Shown here: positions 19,301-28,285 of the stretch, in pieces | How the letters are laid out: each line of letters begins with the position of its first letter | Position numbering within the stretch: the first letter of the stretch is position 1 | Position numbers and translations under genes: made by a program | The notes under the pieces: model-generated | Database searches by the model: none | What the model was told of the DNA's origin: nothing | What the model saw: only the letters and a program-made list of their open reading frames with translations | From: an uncultured Verrucomicrobiae bacterium | GTDB lineage: Bacteria > Verrucomicrobiota > Verrucomicrobiia > Limisphaerales > Palsa-1400 | NCBI GenBank assembly: GCA_963764165.1 | Contig: CAVXRD010000001.1 | Span: 1,184,001-1,248,000, forward strand | Direction of reading: 5' to 3' | Length of the DNA: 64,000 nucleotides

Positions 19301-20511
19301 GTGCAGTACGGATACGCTCCATCGGCGCCGCCGGTGAAACTATACAAAGTGGCAAAGTCCGAGCCATTGGTCGCAACGGAAAAAACTGAGCCTTCGCCCG
19401 AGATGCCGCCATAACTGGCCGTCCCAAACAAGGTGCTGCCTGAGAGAATCAAACCGGACTCTGGACCGCCTCCATCGGCGTCCCCGGTGAAACTATACAA
19501 GGTGGCAAAGTCCGCGCCATTGGTGGTGAGAGAATAGAGTGTGCCATTGTAGGAAAAGCCCCCTTCAGAGGCTGTCCCATACAGGGTGTTCCCCGATAAC
19601 ATTAAGCCGCCATATGGAGAGGCTCCGTCATCGGCGCCAGTGAAAGCATGCAGGTTGGCAAAGCCCGTTCCGTTAGTCTTAAGGGAAAAGACCGTGCCAT
19701 TGTGCGAATGGCCGCCTTGGTAGGCCGTTCCATACAAAGCGCCCCCTGATAAGATCACTCCGCTGTAGGGATACCTTCCGTCAGCGCCATTGGTGAACGA
19801 ATACAGATTGGTAAAGCCGGCGCCATCGATGTTGATGGAAAAAACCGTGCCATAATGAGCATGGCCGCCCTCATAGGCCGTCCCATACAAAGTGTTGCCC
19901 GACAAGAACAATTGGCCATATGGGTATCTTCCGTCAGCGCCATTGGTAAACGCATACAGGGTTGCAAAGCCTGTGCCATCGGTATTGACGGAAAAAATCG
20001 AACCTGCGTAGAAACTGCCACCGTAATAGGCGGTTCCATAGAGGGTGTTGCCTGACAGAACCAATGAGGAATAGGGCGAGGCGCCGTCGGTCTCGCCGGT
20101 GAAGCCATACAAAGATGTGAATGTGGAGCCGCTGGGCAATCCGCCACTGCTCGGCGCGTAGGTTCCGTCCCCGCTGTAGGCCGCGGTAACGGTGTAACCG
20201 CCCGCGGGCAATGTCGTCGGCAAAGCAAGGCTGGTGGCGCTGCCGCCCGAAAGTGTCACCGCGCTGCCGAAATTCACTCCGTTGGTTAGAAATTGCACCG
20301 TGCCCGTTGGCGTCGCGCCTCCGCCAGCGACCGTGGCGGTGAACGTGACCCCGCTCTCTCCATAATAGGAGGGATTGGCCGTCGAACGGACAGTTGTGAC
20401 ACTAGTGGCCTGTGCGAGCGCGTTCCGTGCGGAAAAAGCCATGAGCAGACATAAGGCGGCTGTGATTCTTTGGAGGATAACTGGAGACAGAATTTTGGAG
20501 GCAGTTTTCAT
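16342..20511 (-). CDS. Large secreted repeat protein: two sets of seven ~51-aa choice-of-anchor (GloVer-type) repeats, Ig-like domains, YDG-like domain and C-terminal domain
   Basis: Signal peptide (...ARNALA/Q); 14 repeats of FxxLYxFTxxxDGxxPxxxLxLSGxTLYGTAxxGG...GTVFS; Ig-like domains ending YSGDGxY; ANSKIYD motif. Confidence 0.85.
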   Translation of the reverse strand: MKTASKILSPVILQRITAALCLLMAFSARNALAQATSVTTVRSTANPSYYGESGVTFTATVAGGGATPTGTVQFLTNGVNFGSAVTLSGGSATSLALPTTLPAGGYTVTAAYSGDGTYAPSSGGLPSGSTFTSLYGFTGETDGASPYSSLVLSGNTLYGTAYYGGSFYAGSIFSVNTDGTGFATLYAFTNGADGRYPYGQLFLSGNTLYGTAYEGGHAHYGTVFSINIDGAGFTNLYSFTNGADGRYPYSGVILSGGALYGTAYQGGHSHNGTVFSLKTNGTGFANLHAFTGADDGASPYGGLMLSGNTLYGTASEGGFSYNGTLYSLTTNGADFATLYSFTGDADGGGPESGLILSGSTLFGTASYGGISGEGSVFSVATNGSDFATLYSFTGGADGAYPYCTLVLSGNTLYGTAYSGGASMDGTVFSVVTNGTGFAAIYSFTNGADGASPNAGLIQSGDTFYGTASEGGSVGSGTVFDLQLSSGQQVVSRATPLITTLPNASALIYGQALSNSVLSGGAADTSGTFAFTSPATVPGTGANSESVTFTPADLTDYTTAVTNVIVVVNAKPPPSITAAPSASPLNYGQALSNSVLSGGSASVPGTFAFTSPATVPAAGTNSESVTFTPADTNDYGTATTNVSVVVGQTNSAMVLASSSNPSVYGQTGVTFQANVTGVGVAPTGTVQFQTNGVNFGAAAALSGGIAKSPALPTTLPVGNYTVTAAYSGDGNYFPANGALPPGLVNLYVFTNGVDGADPLGNLVLAGGTLYGTTSAEGASSNNYGTIFSINTNGTGFTILYTFTNGADGSFPCAGLVLSGATLYGTASGEAGTSATIFSISTNGAGFATLHRFTNNTDGYHPMASLVLSGYTLYGTAASEGSGGSGTVFSLTTNGTGFTILHSFTTDIIPGTDDPGTNADGAYPEAGLILSGNTLYGTALEGGSSNYGTIFSVTTNGTAFTTLYNFTNGVDGAGPQAAMILLGSTLYGTASGVTGGRNGAHSDGTVFSITTNGTGFTVVHGFNGSDGEYPEASLFLSGTNFYGTTFSGGSKGSGTAFSVATNGSAFNTLYNFAELSGGIPGYNYGGRLQSGLLQSGFNLFGASGEVGGYGYGTVFGFEPVQQVIEATPSFSGLAASTSITYGTTNVVLTGKVGEASAAAYPAQGETISVTINGNTQTTTIDDSTGDFAINFTLPVLPASSNSLPISYSYAGDSGFSSASNGATSLKIVPAPVTVISGLAANSKIYDRTTTATLTSNNVVLAGIFGGGAVALNTNGYIANFAQAAPGSNIAVIVSGMTLGGASASNYVLIQPTNLAASITVPTLQFSNNFPNLVFSWPTNLTGFVLSQTTNLSQPSVWSPVTNGIAVIGTNNTVTFAVGTNAEQFFALIAAP

Positions 20512-20831
20512 GGGTCTGGTCGTCTTTAGCGGCAGAAAATGCACGCCAAGACGTTATTGCTCAACAATTAAAGACGCACCCATTCTTCTCGTCTCAAATA
20601 AGACACAGGATCGAACGGGAAAACAATTGATGGCCGCCTGTATATCCAAAAAGCCATGAACGGTCAATAAGTTTTTTTAATAAATTATTTGATCTGTAAT
20701 CCATTTCGATTCCCAAGCTGGCAAGAGGCTGTCCAGACACAGATTTTCGCAGATGAACGCTGATTCTCTGATGAAGCGGCCTTTTCGGAAATCCGCCTGA
20801 AGAAAGCAAGCATGACACCTGGCAGAGCACC

Positions 20832-20951
20832 GCATCGAATGTGCATATAATCTCGAAAAACCCGCTACACCCGCTACATCGTTGATTATCAACCAGATAA
20901 ACCGCTACATTGGGCGCTACATGGCCGCTACAAACCCGCTACATTCGATGC
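20832..20951. repeat. Six direct CGCTACA repeats around a palindrome, bounded by an 11-bp inverted repeat
   Basis: CGCTACA at 20863, 20872, 20903, 20915, 20926 and 20937; gttgattatcaac at 20881-20893; ends gcatcgaatgt / acattcgatgc. Confidence 0.8.
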
Positions 20952-21053
20952 AAGGTGATCCAATCGAATAAAAAATATGCTTCCATGGCCCCTTATGCTT
21001 TCACCTCGCGAGCGTTGGCCATGGTTCATTTCACCGAAAACGACAAGGAACCC

Positions 21054-21857
21054 TTATATTTGGAAATCCGCTTTGCGGGACATGAAGGTATGAATGCCGC
21101 ATTCCACCTTTTTGAATCCGATCCAGCGCCCGGCCCGCTCGTCTTCGCCATCGGCCGTCTTGCGCGTGCAAGGGGCGCAGCCGATGGAGGCGTATCCGGC
21201 GTCGTGCAGAGGGTTGTAAGGAATATGATGGTCACGGATATATTGCCAGACCTCCTCGCGCGACCATTTCGCCATCGGGTTCAGCTTCACGATGTCCGTT
21301 CCGCCCTGCGCGTCCAGCGAGTATAATTCGACGACGCCAATGTCCTTGCGCGAACTGGCCTGGTGGCGGCGGAGGCCGGTGATCCAGCAATCCAGTTCGC
21401 GCAATTTGTTTTGCAGCGGCAGCACTTTTCGCGAAGTGCAGCACAAATCCGGATCTCGCTTCCAAAGCTCCGGCCCTAGCGCCTCGGCCTGCTGTTCGAC
21501 AGAGAGGTCCGGGATGATCGACTGAAACTTGCAGCCATAGAAATCTTCCAGCCGCTTGTGCAATTCAATCGTTTCGGGGAAAAGCAACCCGGTATCCAGA
21601 GTGAAAATCGGAAAATTCAATCCGGCCATTTTCGCCAGGTGCATCATCACCAGGCCGGAGCCTTGGAAGCTTGTGCCTATGGCCGCGCGCTTGCCGAATC
21701 GCTTCCACGCCCAGCTTAAGATTTCCTCGGGAGCACTGTCCTCGAATTGCGCGCTGAGCCGGGCGATGTTGCGCGCGTTCAATGGCGCGGCGTCGCCCAG
21801 CGGCTCTTCGGCAGGCGGGGCGATTTCGGAGGGCGGAATTTCAAGGGACGTTTCCAC
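21054..21857 (-). CDS. cysH: (P)APS reductase; CC and CxxC motifs suggest the Fe-S APS-reductase type
   Basis: TLDTG, PDLCCTSRKV, WITGLRR, GYASIGCAPCT, ERAGRW, ECGIH. Confidence 0.94.
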   Translation of the reverse strand: METSLEIPPSEIAPPAEEPLGDAAPLNARNIARLSAQFEDSAPEEILSWAWKRFGKRAAIGTSFQGSGLVMMHLAKMAGLNFPIFTLDTGLLFPETIELHKRLEDFYGCKFQSIIPDLSVEQQAEALGPELWKRDPDLCCTSRKVLPLQNKLRELDCWITGLRRHQASSRKDIGVVELYSLDAQGGTDIVKLNPMAKWSREEVWQYIRDHHIPYNPLHDAGYASIGCAPCTRKTADGEDERAGRWIGFKKVECGIHTFMSRKADFQI

Positions 21858-21863
21858 GGAGAT

Positions 21864-23558
21864 TCATGCGGTGGCAACAGCGGGCATTTCCGGTTTCTCG
21901 CGCAAGAGAACTCGGTGGCAATAATCGCCGAAGCGCTCGGCCCCGATGCGTTCTTTGGCAAAGCGCGAAAACCACGGGCGCAATTCGCTGGCGATGTCAT
22001 CGGATTTGACGCTCTCACGAAAGAGCTCGCACAAACGAGTGCCGACCTGCGTGCCGCCGACGTAAAGTTGATATTTTCCAGGCGCGCGGCCGACAAGCGC
22101 CAGTTCCGCGGTATACGGACGGGCGCAGCCATTCGGGCAGCCGGTCATGCGGATGATGATTTCCTCGTCGGCCAATCCCACTTCCGCCAGGACGCCTTCG
22201 ATCTTTCCCAGAACATCCGGCATGACACGCTCGGATTCGGACAGCGCGAGTCCGCACGTCGGCAGCGCCGGGCAGGCGATGGAAGCGCGGCGAACCACGC
22301 TGGCTTGATTTTCGACGGGGACGCCGTGTTCGGCCAGAACTTTGGTGATGTCGTCTTTTTGCTCGGGCGGGATGTTGATCAGCAGAATATTCTGCGACGG
22401 CGTCAGGCGCAATTCCGGACGAAATATTTCAATCACCCTTCGCAAACCCGCCTTGAGCCGGTAATTTCCCGCGTCCTTGATGCGCCCGTTCTCAACAAAA
22501 AGGCCGAGGAATAATTTTCCATCAAACTGCTCATGCCATCCGTAAAGATCGCCCTGTTTCGTGAAAGTGTAGGGTCGCGCTTCCTCAAGCTTTAAGTCGA
22601 GGCGCTGCTGCAATTCCGCGCGGAACCAATCCACGCCCTTTTCGGAAATGACGTACTTCAGCCGCGCATGTTTGCGATTGGTGCGGTCGCCAAAATCGCG
22701 ATGCACAGTCACGACTGCTTTCACTGCTTCCACCGCCTTGTCGGCAGGAACAAAACCGATGACATCGGCCAGCCGCGGGTATGTTTGGGCGTTCCCATGG
22801 CTCATGCCCATGCCGCCGCCGGCCAGCAAGTTGAATCCCGCCAACTGGCCGTTTTCAACGATCGCAATCAAACCACAATCGTTGGTGAAAACGTCAATGT
22901 CGTTCAACGGAGGGATGGCAATCGCGACCTTGAATTTTCGCGGCAAGTAGGTTTTGCCGTAAAGTGGATCGACGAAACTCTTGTCCTCGTCGGTCAATTT
23001 TAATTCCACGCCTTCGACCCAAATCTGGTGATAGGCGCGTGTCTTAGGCAGCAGGGCGTCGGAAATCGATTTGGCGTGGCGCTGGATTTGATCCACCAGC
23101 GGGCTGGTGGCCGGAGTGGGCGCCGCCATGACGTTGCGATTCACATCGCCGCACGCAGCAAGCGTGGTGGCCATGGCGTCGTTCAGTCCCTTCATGAATT
23201 TGCCCAGGTGGCCCTTGGTGACGCCGTGAAATTGAAACCCCTGCCGGGTCGTGATGCGCAGCGTGTTGTTCCCGTAAACCTCGCAAAGGTGATCGAATCC
23301 CAAATAAACCGATGGCGTAAGCGCGCCGCCGGGAAGCCGTCCCCGCACCATGAAAATGTATTCCTTGGCCACCTTGCGCTTGTCGCGATCATCCTGCTGG
23401 TAAATGCCGTGGAATTTTAGGAATTCGTAATCATCCTCGGAAAACCGGTCTTTGCCGGAATCGGCTAGCGTCTGGGCAATGGTTCCCGCCAGCAACGGAT
23501 CATTGGCCTTGAGGCCTTCGTTCCGAGTGAGTTTCGGCGGGTTTTCTGTGTTAATCAT
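21864..23558 (-). CDS. cysI: Assimilatory sulfite reductase hemoprotein subunit
   Basis: LKFHGIYQQDDRD, TTRQGFQFHG, ACGDVNRNV, YLPRKFK, ACPALPTCGL, RMTGCPNGCARP. Confidence 0.94.
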   Translation of the reverse strand: MINTENPPKLTRNEGLKANDPLLAGTIAQTLADSGKDRFSEDDYEFLKFHGIYQQDDRDKRKVAKEYIFMVRGRLPGGALTPSVYLGFDHLCEVYGNNTLRITTRQGFQFHGVTKGHLGKFMKGLNDAMATTLAACGDVNRNVMAAPTPATSPLVDQIQRHAKSISDALLPKTRAYHQIWVEGVELKLTDEDKSFVDPLYGKTYLPRKFKVAIAIPPLNDIDVFTNDCGLIAIVENGQLAGFNLLAGGGMGMSHGNAQTYPRLADVIGFVPADKAVEAVKAVVTVHRDFGDRTNRKHARLKYVISEKGVDWFRAELQQRLDLKLEEARPYTFTKQGDLYGWHEQFDGKLFLGLFVENGRIKDAGNYRLKAGLRRVIEIFRPELRLTPSQNILLINIPPEQKDDITKVLAEHGVPVENQASVVRRASIACPALPTCGLALSESERVMPDVLGKIEGVLAEVGLADEEIIIRMTGCPNGCARPYTAELALVGRAPGKYQLYVGGTQVGTRLCELFRESVKSDDIASELRPWFSRFAKERIGAERFGDYCHRVLLREKPEMPAVATA

Positions 23559-23586
23559 AACTTATTCGCTTATGTTACTAAGGATT

Positions 23587-23615
23587 AGTGTACAGGCAAC
23601 GGGTGGAGGTGTCAA
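23587..23615 (-). promoter_or_regulatory. Putative sigma70 promoter of cysI-cysH
   Basis: Minus strand TTGACA-17 nt-TACACT about 30 nt upstream of the cysI start; small palindrome actaa-gga-ttagt overlaps the -10 region. Confidence 0.65.
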
Positions 23616-23657
23616 CGCGAGCGATGATTCGCTCCGAATGATCAGGTCAAGCTTGAT

Positions 23658-24251
23658 ATGGCTCGCCGTCTGGTGATCGCGATTCTATTTTGCGGCAGCA
23701 GCGTTTTGAACGTTGCTCAATTCTTGCCGAGAATCCGGAACGGACTCATTTTATTGGTGGTGGCAGTTCTTGGCGGCGTTCCGTGGCAGGGACACTCAAT
23801 GCAGGAGCCCGTTTACGAAGGAAAACCATTGAGCTATTGGCTCGAAGCCTTTGAACCTGAAGGGTTTCCAGGCCAGCCAAACTTTGTTGAAGCAGTGGAT
23901 GCGGTACGCGCCGCCGATACAAGCGCCGTACCTATCCTGCTCAGACTGCTTCGAGCCCGCGATTCCGACTGCACGCAAAAATTGACTCGATTGGCTCGAA
24001 AACAACATTTAATAAGCGTCCGATATGTAGCTGCCAAGAATCAGAATTGGGAGGCGCGGCAAGGGTTCGTGGCTTTGAATCGAGCGGCGGTTCGTTGCGC
24101 ACTTCCACGCCTCGCTGAAATCTGCCGCCAAGACATTTCGACCGGCGAAACCATCTCCACGCGACACCTGTATAGCATTGAAGTTCTGGCTCTTCTCGAA
24201 TCCCGCCAAAAAATGTGGAATGAAACGCAGTCCAAGACCCCGGCCAAATAA
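23658..24251 (+). CDS. Hypothetical membrane-anchored protein (HEAT-repeat-protein-like N terminus, short)
   Basis: Hydrophobic segment followed by EPVYEGKPLSYWL...AVPILLRLL; family assignment is from recall only. Confidence 0.5.
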   Translation: MARRLVIAILFCGSSVLNVAQFLPRIRNGLILLVVAVLGGVPWQGHSMQEPVYEGKPLSYWLEAFEPEGFPGQPNFVEAVDAVRAADTSAVPILLRLLRARDSDCTQKLTRLARKQHLISVRYVAAKNQNWEARQGFVALNRAAVRCALPRLAEICRQDISTGETISTRHLYSIEVLALLESRQKMWNETQSKTPAK

Positions 24252-24291
24252 TCCCGCATCGGCGCAATGTGGACCTGCCCCAAGAATTAAG

Positions 24292-25209
24292 TCAAGGAGA
24301 GCGAACGCGGTAAAAACGGCTGGAATTATTGGTCCAAGCTGTGTCAGAGATGATGATCGAACCGTTGGTAAGCGTGCATGATTGCAGCGGAAGCCATTGT
24401 GCATTGCCCACGCTCGTGGATGCCTCAATTACGACGGGAATGTTGGAAGTTCCCACCACTTCAAACTGGAAGGCACCGCCCGACGGCCCAACGGTGACGC
24501 CAGAGGCCCTCGGCGTTGGATTCCATGCCATGGTCTTGAGGCCGTCATAGGTGTTGCTCCAGCCCGTCGTGCCGGGAATGTAATAAACAATCGCGTTCGT
24601 GACGCCCAGCAGCGGATTTGGGCTGTAGGAGGGAGCGTTTCCCGCAAAGAAAATTCCGGCGAGATTGGTGCAGTAGGCAAAAGCATTTTCTTCAAGGTTG
24701 GTCACCGTCTTGGGAATTGTGATGTTGACGAGGCTGGTGCACCAATTAAACGACTCGAATTGGATGCTGGTGACGCCGGTGGGCACTGCGATGCTCTGCA
24801 GCCTGCCGCATTCCGCGAACGCCTGCGAGGCGATGTTGGTGAGAGTGGCGGGAAGCGTGACATTTGTCAGGTTCGTGCAGTAGAGAAATGTTTCAAGCCC
24901 GATGCCGGCAACGCCGTTGGGGATGACAATGCTGGCCAGCTTGGAACAGGATTGGAATGCAGTCGGGCCGATGTTGGTAACAGTTGAGGGGATCGAAACG
25001 CCGGCCAAATTGGTGTAATCTTCAAATGCCTCATTCGCAATGCTTGTCACCGGCAGGCCATTGATTGAGCTTGGAATCGTGACGTTCGTAGGATTTCCGG
25101 AGTAGCCGGTGATCGTGATCGCGCCGTCATTTGTCGTGTATTTCAACTGCGCGTGCGCCGCCACAGCGGTCGACATCAGCCATAGCAAAACGTGCCGCAG
25201 AATTTTCAT
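24292..25209 (-). CDS. BspA-type leucine-rich repeat surface protein
   Basis: Signal peptide; repeats of LxxVxIPxxVTxIxxxAFxxCxx; C-terminal SRFYRV domain. Confidence 0.88.
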   Translation of the reverse strand: MKILRHVLLWLMSTAVAAHAQLKYTTNDGAITITGYSGNPTNVTIPSSINGLPVTSIANEAFEDYTNLAGVSIPSTVTNIGPTAFQSCSKLASIVIPNGVAGIGLETFLYCTNLTNVTLPATLTNIASQAFAECGRLQSIAVPTGVTSIQFESFNWCTSLVNITIPKTVTNLEENAFAYCTNLAGIFFAGNAPSYSPNPLLGVTNAIVYYIPGTTGWSNTYDGLKTMAWNPTPRASGVTVGPSGGAFQFEVVGTSNIPVVIEASTSVGNAQWLPLQSCTLTNGSIIISDTAWTNNSSRFYRVRSP

Positions 25210-25344
25210 TCCCCTTCACTAATCTGCCGCGCGAAATACTCAAACGGGCATCTCAATGCACAGGGGTGTGCGTTTGGGGGAACAGCCCGCGGCTCGTTGC
25301 CATTGTATTTCCAAAATGCGCTTTTCGTTGTAACCTGAACGCGC

Positions 25345-26001
25345 GTGAAATGCATTGTCACAGCGGGGCCGACGTTTGAGGAGCTGGACGAAGTGCGGCG
25401 GCTGACCAACTTTTCCACCGGCTCGCTGGGGACTTCGCTGGCGAATTATCTTTCCGGCCACGGGCACGACACGACCCTGCTCAAGGGGCAGTCCGCCACC
25501 AGTCCAATACAGTGCAACGCGGGGCGGTTTCTGCCTTTCACCACCACGGCGGATTTGCAGCGCAAATTCCGCGGCCTCGCCACGAACGAGCGCATCGCCA
25601 TTTTTCACGCCGCGGCCGTCAGCGATTTCACCTTTGGCAAAATCTGGGAGCGCGACGCGGATGGCTCGCTCACGCAAGTTCACGGGGCAAAAATTTCCAC
25701 GCGCGGCGGCGAGCTTTTGGCGGAATTGAAGCCGACGCCGAAAATTCTGGCTCAATTGCGCGATTGGTTTCCCCATGCGCTGATTATCGGTTGGAAATAT
25801 GAATTGGAGGGCGGCAAAACGGAAGCGATCACCCGCGGAGAGCGGCAGCTAAGCGAATGCCGGTCGGATGTTTGCATCGTCAATGGGCGCGCTTACGGGG
25901 ATGGTTTTGGATGGGTCAGCAACAGCGGTCCTGTCCAGCATTTGGCGAACCAGGCTGAGCTGTTCGAGGCGCTGGAGCGGTTTATGGCGCCGTCGCGGTA
26001 G
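25345..26001 (+). CDS. coaB: Phosphopantothenate-cysteine ligase (stand-alone CoaB domain)
   Basis: IVTAGPTFEELDEVRRLTNFSTG, HAAAVSDF, LKPTPKIL, IGWKYE. Confidence 0.85.
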   Translation: MKCIVTAGPTFEELDEVRRLTNFSTGSLGTSLANYLSGHGHDTTLLKGQSATSPIQCNAGRFLPFTTTADLQRKFRGLATNERIAIFHAAAVSDFTFGKIWERDADGSLTQVHGAKISTRGGELLAELKPTPKILAQLRDWFPHALIIGWKYELEGGKTEAITRGERQLSECRSDVCIVNGRAYGDGFGWVSNSGPVQHLANQAELFEALERFMAPSR

Positions 26002-26088
26002 AGACACCCATTATTCCCATGCCTCCGAGGAGCATAGGACTTACAAGGCTTATCGGTCCAATAGGACGGCCTATATTTGAAGCCGCAG

Positions 26089-27816
26089 TTACAACTCCAC
26101 CGTCATGACGCGGCGCAGTCCCAATCGGTAAGGCACCCATCCCAGCAGGATCGACATCGCGGCGAATCCCATCCATGTCAACAATATCCATTGCACCGAC
26201 GTCTCGCCCTTCAACCCCCACGGCGAGCCGACAGCCAGGATCGTCACGGAGCCCACGATGTAGAGAAAGCTCAACACGAGGCAGAGCGTGCCGCCAAATC
26301 CGCTGACAATCTTCGTCGGGTTGTCCTCCCGGAAATTCGGATACAGCGCCCCAAGGCCCATCGCCAGCGCTGTCAAGGTGAAAGACATCGTGGCCACGAT
26401 GAGCCCCAGGTAAAGCGTGCGATCCATCGGCATCCTGAGCATGTGGCAGGACAGCCAGATCAACCCCAGCGTCAACACTAATGCAGCCCGGCTGGCCAGC
26501 CAGAATTTCGCCCGCAGCGCCTGCGCCAATCCCATTGGCGCCAGGCCGATGATCCAGAGCCGTTTGCCTTCGAGCGAGAATTGAGGAAAGACAAATCGCG
26601 TCGTGAGCGTGGCCAGGTTCAACGAGCACGCGCCGAGGTTCAAATAGCAGACCAGGTGAACCCAGAACGGATTGGTCAATTGCTGGGAGAAGTGCCGCAG
26701 GTTGATGATGTAGACGCCGAGCAGCCCGAACAAGACGAGCGTCTGCCCCCATTGCGTCGTGTCCCGCCAGAACATGCGCGAGTCCTTCACCAGCAGCGCG
26801 ACGACATCCGAAGAGCCCGTGTTGACGAGACGGAAAAAACGCTCGACGCTGCCAGGGCCGTAATCAAATTCCGTTTTCCGCTCCCGCATTCGCCGGAACC
26901 ACCGCCAGCGCACAAAAATGCTCTGGCGGCTTTGCACGGTGGAATAGCCATCGTAAAAGCGCTTGCCCGTTTGCGTGAAGGTGAGAAATCCGAACAGCAA
27001 CACATGGCTCAGCAGCACGAGAAGGAAAAATCCGGCGGCTTTCACCGCGCCTTCGGACCATTGCATGACGCTGGTGGAGAGCCAATAGCTTGGCAGCCAC
27101 GGCCATTCGGAAAAGTGCGTTCTCGTCAGCAATTTATCGAGCGTCGCCAGAACACGGGTGTCCGTCGAATTGTCGGTCAGGGTTTCCGGGCGAAACCAAA
27201 TGCCGAGCATCGGCAGAATGACCAAGATCGCGGCCACGGCCACCACTTGAAATGTTCGCCGGTCAAGATACCGCGCCAGGATCAGCGCAATCCAGGCCCC
27301 CGCCACGCCCGGCAGCACGATGAACAGGGCCAGCGCAAAGACCGTCATCACGTAAAAATGCCAGGGCGCATTGCGGGTCAATCCGTAGGCGGCCAGCAAT
27401 GGCGCGATCAAAAACAAAAACGCCCAAGATGCCAGCACCGATGATTCCAGGAATTTCCATCGAAAAATGGTTTGCGAGGAAATTGGCAGCGAGGTCAGAT
27501 AGCTTGTCTCGCGATTGCGGAAAAAATTGCCGTAGCCAATGACCAGATTGCTGAACACCAGCAAAATCAGCAGGAAGACAAACAGGAGATAAAACAGCCG
27601 CTCCATCAAGACTTCCCCCAGCGCCGGAAAATTATTGAGAAATTGCAAGCCGCGCCGGAACAGCAAAAACGACAGCGTCAAATACGCGACGACAAAAAGA
27701 CCAATCGAAAAAGCGAGGAAGTTGGAAGTGTTGCGGACGGTCTTGAGTTTTCGCCATGATTGAAGCGCGCTGATGCGCATCAACATGAACAGGACGGAGG
27801 CGCCGTTGTCCGGCAT
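26089..27816 (-). CDS. Putative ABC exporter permease-like membrane protein
   Basis: About 12 hydrophobic segments; KDSRMFWRD and RFVFPQFSLEG motifs. Confidence 0.75.
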   Translation of the reverse strand: MPDNGASVLFMLMRISALQSWRKLKTVRNTSNFLAFSIGLFVVAYLTLSFLLFRRGLQFLNNFPALGEVLMERLFYLLFVFLLILLVFSNLVIGYGNFFRNRETSYLTSLPISSQTIFRWKFLESSVLASWAFLFLIAPLLAAYGLTRNAPWHFYVMTVFALALFIVLPGVAGAWIALILARYLDRRTFQVVAVAAILVILPMLGIWFRPETLTDNSTDTRVLATLDKLLTRTHFSEWPWLPSYWLSTSVMQWSEGAVKAAGFFLLVLLSHVLLFGFLTFTQTGKRFYDGYSTVQSRQSIFVRWRWFRRMRERKTEFDYGPGSVERFFRLVNTGSSDVVALLVKDSRMFWRDTTQWGQTLVLFGLLGVYIINLRHFSQQLTNPFWVHLVCYLNLGACSLNLATLTTRFVFPQFSLEGKRLWIIGLAPMGLAQALRAKFWLASRAALVLTLGLIWLSCHMLRMPMDRTLYLGLIVATMSFTLTALAMGLGALYPNFREDNPTKIVSGFGGTLCLVLSFLYIVGSVTILAVGSPWGLKGETSVQWILLTWMGFAAMSILLGWVPYRLGLRRVMTVEL

Positions 27817-27819
27817 GAT

Positions 27820-28278
27820 CTACGCGGACTGAAATGCCCCGGGCGGAGGCGGTTGATTGACGGCCAGCCAGTAGAATCCCAATTGGCGGATGACCTCCTG
27901 GAATTCCTCAAAGCTGATCGGTTTCTGAATGTAGCTGTTGACGCCAAGATTGTAGCTGTCGACCATGTCCCGCTGCTGGCGCGATGAGGTCATGATGACC
28001 ACCGGCATCGCTTTGGTGCGGGGATCGCCCTTGATGTTGCGCAAGACTTCCAGGCCATCGACTTTCGGCAGCTTCAAATCGAGCAGCACCATTTTGGGCG
28101 GATTATCAAAGGAGCGCCCCGCGTACTTGCCGCGGCAAAAAAGAAAATCCAGCGCTTCCTCGCCATCGCGCAGGACGCTGATCTTGTTGGCGAGGTTGTG
28201 CTTGGAAAGCGCGTGCAGCGTCAGTTCCACGTCGTTGGCATTGTCCTCAACCAAAAGGATTTCGATGGCACCGATCAT
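27820..28278 (-). CDS. Single-domain response regulator (Rcp1-like)
   Basis: [35 protein letters not shown]. Confidence 0.92.
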   Translation of the reverse strand: MIGAIEILLVEDNANDVELTLHALSKHNLANKISVLRDGEEALDFLFCRGKYAGRSFDNPPKMVLLDLKLPKVDGLEVLRNIKGDPRTKAMPVVIMTSSRQQRDMVDSYNLGVNSYIQKPISFEEFQEVIRQLGFYWLAVNQPPPPGAFQSA

Positions 28279-28285
28279 AATAGAC

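Noticed and set aside
16342..20511. Diversity-generating retroelement TR/VR pair among the repeats
   Set aside because: No reverse transcriptase is in the window, the repeats are all in-frame coding units, and the differences are not visibly adenine-restricted.
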